A stretch of 64,000 bases of DNA from Schmidtea polychroa (Eukaryota), in the NCBI GenBank assembly GCA_044892525.1, contig CM097887.1, forward strand, positions 42,966,001 through 43,030,000. The letters are read 5' to 3'. The notes under the pieces are model-generated. The model saw nothing but the letters and a program-made list of their open reading frames with translations, was not told the origin of the DNA and made no database searches. The translations under genes and the position numbers were made by a program. Below, piece by piece: positions 17,397 through 26,976 of this stretch; position 1 is the first letter of the stretch; each line of letters opens with the position of its first letter.

Positions 17397-18773
17397 GATT
17401 GGTGTTCTAGGTTCGTCTGTTTCTTTTAAATTGTCTAACGATGTGACTAAACTTTGGGCTGATAATTCCTCGGTTGACGTTGCTAAACTATTAGTGATAT
17501 CGGACAGACTTTCTCTACTTCGAGATCGACTAGGGGTATATCCGAGATTTTCTTGGTCAAATATGGGTACTTGATTGGTTCTTCTTGCTCCTTGTGATAT
17601 TCCTCGTTGATGTTTAATAGATCGTCCTCTTTTGAGTTGTTGTAATTCGTCTCCTGAAAATAATACGTCTCCTGGCTTACTTGAAGATCTAAGATTGGGT
17701 TTATCCGTGATTCCTTTCTTACGCTTCTTGGTAATTAGCGGCTATTGAATTGGACGAGTTCGGTTCTGATTGTGCTTCCTTCGATAAATATTCTGTATGA
17801 ATCTGCTACTGAGATCCTGAGGAGATTTACTAATCCTTGGCAGATGGCTGCTAATACTATGAGGTTGAATATATCGATGATTCGTTCGAAGTTGGAGATG
17901 TCGCTATCTGTATCTTCTTCCGTTCTGGAGTCTTCCGGTTGCTGTGTCTCTCGGTGCGGGTTCTGAATGGATTTATCCTTGGTTGATTGTCGATTTCTTC
18001 GAATTCCTTTTGTGCAGGTTCTGGATTGTCTTGGTTGACTGGATTGGCTTGATATCTAAAATGAAAAAATGATCTCGTGTTGCATTTGCTTACACGACTT
18101 CATCATTCTTTCAACAACATTTGAACACAGACACCTTTTAGGTTCTGTTTATGCTTCCCCTATTTTTTTTTTTTTTTTTATGCAATTACTTCCGCGGGTT
18201 ATAATCTCCCATCAGCCCGTATTTTCCGTCGATTTTAAATTATCTATATGGGGTAGTAACAATTATCTATAAAGTCGTAATAATTATCTATTCGTTATCA
18301 ATTATAGTAAAAATAGGTCGTTGTCGGTCTCTGCTTATTACCCCCCTTCGTTTTCTTATTCCTTTGCGCTGTTGTCGCTGTTTTACTTTTCATATTTACT
18401 ATTATCCCACTCGGTTCTACTCTGGAACCGATAAAAATACATTTTCCCGGTTTACCCAAAAAAAAATTCCGTAGAGTTTCTCTACTTCACTGGGATCCCT
18501 TTAATTAGCTAGTTACTTTCTTCTTCTACTCATTATCTCCATTTCACCTATTCTTTATTTTCTCATTATTTCTTTAATTCATTTTCTTCTTCTCCTTCCT
18601 TTTTCATTATAATTTTATTATCTTTTCCCCGAGCTCGTTTATTTCCTCTCTAAACTCAAATTTTCGTAATTATATTCAATTTGTTTCTAGCTAGCTTTAA
18701 TATTCCCTTTCTCTATTAATTTTAAATATTATCTCATTGTAGCTTAACTGCTATTTCTCATTTTTCTAGGCCT

Positions 18774-19146
18774 TTACGACTGGCTGGCACTATTCCACAG
18801 CTCAATCTTCTTCCTTCTGATCGGTTGGACTATTCAACAACTCGATCTTACGACTGGCTGGCACTATTCAACAGCTCAATCTTCTTCCTTCTGATCGGTT
18901 GGACTATTCAACAACTCGATCTTACGACTGGCTGGCACTATTCAACAGCTCAATCTTCTTCCTTCTGATCGGTTGGACTATTCAACAACTCGATCTTACG
19001 ACTGGCTGGCACTATTCAACAGCTCAATCTTCTTCCTTCTGATCGGTTGGACTATTCAACAACTCGATCTTACGACTGGCTGGCACTATTCAACAGCTCA
19101 ATCTTCTTCCTTCTGATCGGTTGGACTATTCAACAACTCGATCTTA
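18774..19146. repeat. Tandem array: 5 copies of a 74-bp unit in the element leader
   Basis: Units start at 18774, 18848, 18922, 18996 and 19070, with a single variant base in copy 1. Each unit is a diverged dimer (ggctggcactattcaacagctcaatctt / ggttggactattcaacaactcgatctt). Confidence 0.98.
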
Positions 19147-19701
19147 ATATTCCCCGCTCTGCATGCTTCTACTTCTCTTTTCTTCTTTTACCCTAGATTA
19201 CCATTTTCTCTGTCTACTTTTAATTTGTCGACTTAATCTTTACCGCTTGAGAGTGTTTCCCCTTTCCCCCCTTGCTCGAAACGCACGACGATAGCGATGA
19301 TCCGTTTCCACATTGGTATGGTGATCAGTCATGCCGCAGAAACTTCTCATCATATGCGATGGTACCCCGCCCTACGCTTCTTACTTGGGTTGATCAGTTA
19401 TCCCCTCCCAACGGGTTCTTGCAATAAAACGTACCGCCCGAAGGTGGCTCGGTTTGTACCCCTGCAGCCTATATTGGGACTAATTCCACGTTAGTTTTAT
19501 TCTTCTCCATTCGATCTCATAACCAAAGATATAATTAAAAGAGATAAAATATCTAATTCATAACAACAAAAAAATTTTTATTTATTCTGAGACTAAAATT
19601 AAACATTAAAGTTATTTCACACTTAAAAGTACATATATTCGTATTCAAAGGTCTTTTAACAATTTAGTGCGCATATACATCACTGCATCTGGTTAGTCGT
19701 T

Positions 19702-20187
19702 TTAATCACCGTAATAAACCATATGGGTTTCTTTTATCCCATTTTTACATATTGCACATCGTTTCAGATCTTTCACGCACTCTTCACAATGACTGAGGTG
19801 TCCACAAGGTAAGAATAGTATGCGTATAGGGCGAAGATTGCAAGACAGACAGGTTCGCAATTTGGTGAGTTTCTCTTGTATCTTTTGTTCGATTGCCTCT
19901 GATATTGTATGTAGTTGATCTTTTATTCGCTCGTATTCTAGATTTAGGGCCGGGTTTTTTAGTCGTTTTAGGTACCATTGGTATACTGTTTCTTGATTTA
20001 TCTTTTCATCTGAGTGGCTTAAACCTGCGGCCAATAACACGTGATTAGGTACGACTGGTGTATGTCCGATTGCTTGGAGTAGAATGCTGTTGATTCGCTT
20101 TCTTTTTTGTATGAGTGTTCTAATAGGGTCGTTTTCTATATTAATGAAATTGACTAATTGTTGTATCTGTTCTGCGAATTCCGTCAT
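19702..20187 (-). CDS. Accessory protein with C-terminal IAP/MDM2-type C3HC4 RING (161 aa), located between PBS and gag
   Basis: CLSCNLRPIRILFLPCGHLSHCEECVKDLKRCAICKNGIKETHMVY at the extreme C-terminus. A strong acceptor-like tract precedes the ATG. Confidence 0.88.
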   Translation of the reverse strand: MTEFAEQIQQLVNFINIENDPIRTLIQKRKRINSILLQAIGHTPVVPNHVLLAAGLSHSDEKINQETVYQWYLKRLKNPALNLEYERIKDQLHTISEAIEQKIQEKLTKLRTCLSCNLRPIRILFLPCGHLSHCEECVKDLKRCAICKNGIKETHMVYYGD

Positions 20188-20459
20188 GTCTATTGGGAAA
20201 AGGGAAAAAAAAAATTTTTTTAAATAATATACAGCTAATTAATGGTTATTTCATCAAACATTTTTCTTTTTAAATCGTTATAATTTATTTTGTTTTTATT
20301 CTATTTCCCTATTATTTACTTTATTTATATCTTTAATTCTATTATTTTCTAATCGTGATTTATAATAAGATTCGATAGGCATTAGTCAATTTACATTCGC
20401 CCACTAATTGAAATCGATAATCCCGGTGAATTCACATTATTCGACAGAAATTCCATAAT

Positions 20460-20477
20460 ATCCCTGCTGAGCCCCCA
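20460..20477 (-). promoter_or_regulatory. Primer-binding site, tRNA-Pro-like
   Basis: Minus strand TGGGGGCTCAGCAGGGAT matches 15/18 positions of the MLV tRNA-Pro PBS TGGGGGCTCGTCCGGGAT. Confidence 0.75.
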
Positions 20478-22255
20478 AAAATTATGCTGGGGTAGTGCTT
20501 GGTTGACTCTGCTCAATCTACGTCCTTGTCTAGGGGGTGCGTGCCCATATCATTACGCTACATACGCCCGTGTCAACCCGGAGCAGGACCCCGCACAACT
20601 TGCCCTCCAACATAGCACCCGCGAATTGCTTCACGTTGGAAATGTGCTATGTCGGCGAGACTCCAGTAAGCAGGTGAGCCCCTACCTTAGGACTACTCCT
20701 TACTGAGGCCTCGACTTCCCTTTTCTGACGGCCGATGGAAGGACTTACGTCTGTTTACCTCATCAGATTCTCCCTCTACCCTGACCCATTATTCGGCACA
20801 AAATTGACCACTGCCTCTCGAACTCAAACTTTACTCTCGCTTTGCGAACGCTACGCTGAACCTTTGTCACAGCTAGTTAGATTTAAACAACAACAAAAAT
20901 TTAACCAAATATTTCTTTATTTTATTATCATGATACATTAGAGAATTATACACTACATAACGAGTACACTTGGTGGAGAATAGATTAAGAAGAAAAAGAG
21001 TCAAGATAGTTTATTTGTCCATTCGCACCCTGCACGGTTGCATTGTGTTGCGGCCATCACTTCTCCCACCCCGCATCCGCCAATAGCTCCTCTAGATCAA
21101 AAAACTCGGAGGCATTCTCCTCCCAAGTCACACCAGCGGCAGATATGATTCGCCCTGGGATTCCTACGGTCAGATCGATCGTTACGGGTGGATCATTCGA
21201 AGCACTTAGGTGGTTGGCAGATAGTTCTCGTTGTTTGACCATTGCTCGTTCACGTTGGCGCTTTTTACGCTCCGCTCTGGACAATTGGCGGCGCTTAGGT
21301 TTTGAGGGGTTGGCAGACAAGATTGCCGAGGACGTCGTGGCTGAATGCAATACCTTGCCAGTGCCGGTAGTAGGTACGTCCGATGGCCTGGGGGAGAGGT
21401 CGGCCTCCACACATTCCTGACAAGATCTTTTCGACAAAGGTGGCGAACTAAATGAAGGTTCATGGTGAACGGGGAAGACATTGTCCGCTTCTTTAATCGG
21501 AATACTAACAATCCTTCGGGTTGTAGCGGCTTGAACGTAAACTTTATGTAGAGCTTCGGACTGCTCTTTGATTAGGCTACGCTGAGCTCTACTTTCGCTT
21601 ATCAAAGCATCGCGACAATGCTCACTGCGGTACAATTTCTTTTGAACTTCCTTCATTTGTACTGGGCTAAACCATGTACTTTCCAGATCGTCGATCTTCT
21701 TTTTATATCGACCGACCTGGGCCTGTAATTCTCGGATTACGGTATTTTTATCCGAGCAGGAGAAGCAGGGTTTGATGGGCGATTTCGTGCTTGGCAACAT
21801 CTTTTGATAGCTGTAATGAAGAAAGAATAATGGAGATAAGACGAAAATTGGCTAGCTCTACTAATCTATCAGAGTAGCGTAATTATTTATTAAGGCTCAT
21901 AAATTCCCTACATCACATTCATGGGTTGAAATGACCGACAAGAAGAAAACGGAATGACTGTTAGCGAAACTTCCTGTTGATCGATATTACATCCGTAAAG
22001 TAATTCATAGGTTTACGGGTTAACAAATTAATTCTCCCCCCCCCCCCTTTTGCCCAACATGATAATTTGATTGCGGATTAGGAAAACTTGTCAATACATG
22101 AGCGTGACCAGATTCGACTTTACTATCAGCAAAACAATTCAGACAGGTGCAATACATCGGGATAATAAATTAATTAAAAGATTTGAGTTTATTCGCGATT
22201 ATAATACTCTAATTTGAGTTAATAGTAAATGCGTGCGATTACAAAAAACTTTACA
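20478..22255 (-). repeat. Putative 5' LTR (boundaries unverified)
   Basis: Lies immediately upstream of the PBS; AATAAA at ~20921-20926 (minus); candidate TG starts at 22025, 22243 or 22255. No second LTR is in the window for comparison. Confidence 0.45.
21057..21800 (-). CDS. 247-aa ORF inside the presumed LTR: CxxC, coiled coil, basic NLS-like stretch, acidic C-terminus
   Basis: Open frame preceded by acceptor-like ttctttcttcattacag; contains KPKRRQLSRAERKKRQRER and EFFDLEELLADAGWEK. Confidence 0.65.
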   Translation of the reverse strand: MLPSTKSPIKPCFSCSDKNTVIRELQAQVGRYKKKIDDLESTWFSPVQMKEVQKKLYRSEHCRDALISESRAQRSLIKEQSEALHKVYVQAATTRRIVSIPIKEADNVFPVHHEPSFSSPPLSKRSCQECVEADLSPRPSDVPTTGTGKVLHSATTSSAILSANPSKPKRRQLSRAERKKRQRERAMVKQRELSANHLSASNDPPVTIDLTVGIPGRIISAAGVTWEENASEFFDLEELLADAGWEK

Positions 22256-24703
22256 GTCAAATGGACTTTGCTCTGTTTGATCAATCACACTGCCGATAAG
22301 TTAGACTAGTCTAATTCCTATTCTAGTTGTATGACACGTATGATGCAAACCATCTGTTGCATGCCTCCTCGTTAACTGGCTTAGTGTTCAGATCTCTCAG
22401 AAAAGTTGGTGTTCACCATGTGTGTGCAATGGGATTCGGCTTTCTCATTATCGATGATTAAATTGTGAATTCACTGCTACCGTACCGGCAGCATGAGTAT
22501 CACATCGACTAAGCATATGCAATTGTTCGCTATTGTACATGTGATTCTACCTGCAGGTGATTGCTCAATCTCATTCACTGCATACTTACAGACAGACTAT
22601 ACCTTCTCACTGTACATGTTCATATTTTATCTATGCTGCCGAACTTGGATTACATCGATTTTTGGAATTTAATCATTCAGCTCCGATATGAATCTACTGT
22701 TTAGTTCTCAGCAAACACGAAAATTTGGAAAATTTTTTATTATACTGCCTCTCTCGCTTTACATCAGAATATCCTGTCCGGTGGAGATTTTATCAACTCG
22801 CTCAAGCCCTTCCTCATCTTGGCGACATCTATCAAGGGTAACTTCCCGAAATGATTATTATGCTCCTACTACTGGTAACTCAGAATTATAGTTTTTTAAT
22901 GAAAATAAAGAATTTTTTACGAAATTTTATCTTTTTAATTAAATACTTTTGTAAATTCTCCTTGTATGTTTACTGTGTTATGAGGCCAGAGGGTCTTTTA
23001 CTGAACGGACTTCAGATTACGGCTATTGGGGATTTCAGAAAGAGTTGAGGCGCTTTTGATAAAAACAATAACGTACTCCTCCAAATATCTTTTTAGTAAA
23101 TAAAAGCGTTCAGTGATCTTCCATATATACTTCCTATACTACTGCATAACATCAGAGTGAATGTATTAGCTCTTGGGTTCTATCAGTTAAGATGAAAATT
23201 GACATGAATTTTGACGAAAAGGGGATTTATCGCAAGATGATAGAGTATCATGGAAGTGAATAGTCGATCTAGACTAATTCATAATGTTAGACGAAAATTT
23301 CAAAGTATAGTACCTAAGAAAATGAGATTCTCATACTTGGAAGAGTTTGTAGCCACCTCAGTCATTTTCAATTCAGATTTGCTCTACTTTTCAATATTGG
23401 AATATATTCCTCTACACTTTAACCTCGTGCTTGCAGCATTTTATTTCCCTCAGCGACGGACCCGTGAGGAAGCCCCCACATTCCGGCCCACGTCAGCTGC
23501 GTGATTGAAGAGATCCACACCCGCCGGCTGAGCTCCCGAAGGCTCCTCATACCATGGCGTGGGTCTCCTCAACTCCACGTTTCTCAAAACAAATAATTTT
23601 AGCATAATCAATACATTTGATGACAAAACATAACATAAATATTTATAATTCATTGACCTGTAAATTAATTTATGAACCATAAAATCGTTAAAAGATCGAA
23701 ACCGAATGGAGAAGTTTTTATTCAAAAGTTAGGTTAATATAATAGAAATATTTAAATCCTTCAAAAACAAATTTCATAATAGCAATACATCCTTACTTTA
23801 TTATTTGAAAAATTCTGTAGTTCCAAAGGCTGAGCCGAAATATAAACTGATCTAATCGGTTATATGAATGAGTAGTCTATAGAACTGTCCCTAATAGTTG
23901 TCTGAGTATGGTTTGGTTTTCCTGATTGTCGAGTACCTATAATTGGTTTGAGTTTAACATTGATTTCATATAGTTAATACTATTCTTACCTATAATTGGT
24001 TTGAGTTTAACATTGATCATAGTGAATTTGCTGCTTACTTATATAGGTATTTTTTGTTTATGCGGACCAATCAGAATTGAGTACCGCCTTATTTTATTCA
24101 TTTAATTTATTTTCCTTGTTTTTGGGTTATTTCTTCTTATTTTCTTTATTAAAATTATGTTTTTATTTATTTTCCTTAATTTCCTTATTATCTACTACCT
24201 TTTACGTTATTTTTCGTCATTCTATTGTCCTCTTTAATTGTTCTTATTTTTATGTTTTTTGTTTTAATTCTTATTTTCTAATTATTACTTTTCTTATGTT
24301 CTATTCTATTTTATTCCTCGATCTATTTATTTTATTTTTTTTTTTATTTTTCTTTAGTTGAGTTTAACCTGATTTCCCAGCTATCTTTCGGCTCAGCCCA
24401 ACAGTACTATCGGTACAAAAGCCCAATGGCAACTAATAAATAAAATATGCATTGTCATTGCCATACCATCTAGTGTCGTCATAATCAAAAACTGTATCAA
24501 AAATAATGTTCTCATATGATAAAATATTTTAATTTGTAACAAATTACCTGCTGTCCTTTTTAAAGAACACTAGGTTTATTTTGGTTAATTTGCTTATTTT
24601 ATTCTTGAAGATGAATTAATTAAAAATAAATTTTAAAAGTAAACTAACGAGTATGATTTTGATTGGTTGTTTCATGTTTTTAAAGATTAGATATGTTCTA
24701 AAA

Positions 24704-26976
24704 CAGCGATTCTCAACCGCCGGGTCGTGGAAGATTTTGTGCGGGTCGTGAGCAAATTTGAAAAAAATTTTATTTAATGCTAAATTTTTACAATTAATCA
24801 ATAAATATAATTTAAAAATTGCTAAAAATTAATCAAGTTTTTAATAATTCTAAACTTTTTCCAATCCTAAAATGAAACGTATAAAAAGACAAGCAACATT
24901 AAACAATTTTGTTATAAAGGTTAACAATAACAATTCAACAGCTGTTATAAACAATGATGAAGAAGTTCAATGTCCACCTGAAAAAAAGAAGAGGTCAAGT
25001 TTTGTTCGCAAATACAACATTACTTTTTTAAGATTTGGATTTATTTCTTGGCCTGCATCAGATGCAAGTTGTCCCAAACCACAATGTATCATTTGTGGGG
25101 AAGTGCTGTCCAATGAAAGCATGAAAGCAAATAATTTATCACGACATTTGAACTCAAAACACAAAGAATTGGAATCAAAACCAATTGATTTCTTTGAGAG
25201 AAAAGCTTCTGAGATAAAAAGCCAAAAAAATTCATTTCAAAAGTCCCTTTTAGTCAACAAATCACTTTTAAAGGCTTCTTATTTGGTTGCTTTTCGAATT
25301 GCCGAATGTAAAAAACCATTTTCAATTGCTGAAAAACTAATAAAACCATGCTTGGTGGATGTTTGTTCAGAGATTTTGGGTTTAAAAGCTGGTGACAAAA
25401 TGAAGGCCATTCCTTTATCCAATGACACAATTGGAAGAAGGATTGAGGAATTATCGGCAGATAGTGAGGATCAACTCATCGAAAAGTTCAAGAAGTCAGA
25501 GTCATTTGCAATCCAAATGGATGAGTCAACAGATGTTGCAAACAAAGCAGTTCTTTTATGTCATGTTAGATATGTTGATTATGACAACAATGACCTCAAA
25601 GAAGACCTTTTTTGTTGCAGTGAGATTCCCTCTTACACAACCAGTTCAGAAATCTTTCGCATCATTGATGAATATGTCAAAAAAAATTCTTTGAACTGGA
25701 AATTGTGGATTGGATTGTGTACAGATGGTGCAGCAAACATGGTTGGCAGACTTTCAGGTGTAAGAACAAGAATCCAAGAAGTTGCTGGTGATACATTTAA
25801 ATTTACTCACTGTGTTATTCACCGTGAGAATTTTGCAGCAAAAAAAATGTCTCCCGAATTACATGAAGTTCTTTCAGTTTCAATTCAGATTGTTAATTTC
25901 ATCAGGAGCAACGCACTCAATTCCCGATTGTTCACAATTCTGTGTGATGAAATGGATTCAGGAAATTCACAGTTGCTACTTCACGCTGAAGTGCACTGGC
26001 TTTCCAGAGGGAGAGTTCTTACAAGGCTCTACGAGTTGCGAGATGAGGTGAAAATCTTTTTAAGTCAAAAAAATTCAGATCATGCCAAACATTTCTTTGA
26101 TGAAGAATGGATTGCAAAACTTGCTTATTTATCAGACTTCTTTTCTCTGATAAATCAGCTGAATCTGAGTCTACAAGGTCCAATGACAACTGTCTTCCAA
26201 TGTCTGGAATAAAATTGATGCTTTTAGAAAAAAATATAAACTTGGTTAAACCGCACACAAGAGCAGAATTATGAAATGCTTCCTTCATTTAACTATTTCA
26301 CAGAATCTTTTGACTTGAATTTGGATAATGTTGTTTCTTGTATCACTCAACATTTAGAAGTGCTTGCTCAAATGTTTGATAGCTACTATCCACCTAATGA
26401 CGATGTTCGATTTGGAAACATGTGGATATCCAATCCATTTCTTGATCACCAACAAAACAACCTTTCAAACACAGAAGCAGAAAAATTGATTGAGTTATCA
26501 TCAGATATGGGATTGAAATCAATGTTTAACTCAATGAGCATTACACAGTTTTGGATAAAAGTCAAGGAGGAATATCCAGCCCTCAGCAAAATTGCCATTC
26601 ACATTTTATTACCATTTTCTACAACTTAATTGTGTGAATCAGCATTTTCAGCAATGTCAATTATTAAAACGAAGCAAAGAAACAGGTTATTTACTGGCCC
26701 TGCTTTGCGACTTGCTATCACTTCTTTAAAATCAAGAATAGACAAACTGGTACGAGAGAAAGAGCAACAACAATCACGTTAATTTATAAAATAATGTTTC
26801 TAATTGTTTTGATTTCGTTATTGTTGATCCTTTTATAATAAATATTTTGTTCATCTGTTAACTTTTTTTAAAATTATTAATTTTATTAGATTGTAAAGTC
26901 AAACTGAATTTACGGGTCGTGAAAAAAAATTGAGATTATTTACGGTCCGTACTGCTTTTTGGGTTGAGAAACACTG
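24704..26976 (+). mobile_element. hAT DNA transposon (Buster/Charlie type), full length
   Basis: TIRs cagcgattctcaacc / ggttgagaaacactg; perfect 8-bp TSD ttctaaaa (24696-24703 and 26977-26984) with central TA. Confidence 0.95.
24872..26782 (+). pseudogene. hAT (Buster-type) transposase, disrupted
   Basis: BED-like PQCIICGEVL...HLNSKH, FAIQMDESTD, CTDGAANM, HCVIHRE, EVHWLSRG, PFSTT*LCESAFS. Frameshift near 26210 and stop at 26627-26629. Confidence 0.92.

Larger units (their letters stand above)
1..22255 (-). mobile_element. Giant Ty3/Gypsy (Metaviridae-like) LTR retroelement with env and accessory genes; 3' end lies outside the window, 5' boundary uncertain (~22030-22255)
   Basis: Domain order PR-RT-RH-IN with intact catalytic motifs, a PBS at 20460-20477, and same-strand A-rich intronless ORFs continuing to position 1. 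Confidence 0.95.

Noticed and set aside
492-17966. Numerous plus-strand ORFs rich in F/L/S/I opposite the element ORFs
   Set aside because: These are antisense shadows of A-rich coding sequence with no independent motifs.
18774-19146. CRISPR-like array
   Set aside because: Units are identical end to end with no unique spacers, there are no cas genes, and the context is eukaryotic; it is a tandem repeat.
19295-19330. CTGATCA-ccataccaatgtg-GAAAC hammerhead-like string (minus)
   Set aside because: G8 is C, breaking the C3-G8 pair, and stem II needs a bulge; not supportable.
20700-20770. Hammerhead core CTGATGAG...GAAA on the minus strand in the leader
   Set aside because: Stem II does not close next to GAAA, and no stem I partner follows the GTC.
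22256-23720. GC-richer block that might hold BIR exons or more element cargo
   Set aside because: The frames I translated had frequent stops and no BIR (CX2CX16HX6C) pattern; identity unresolved.
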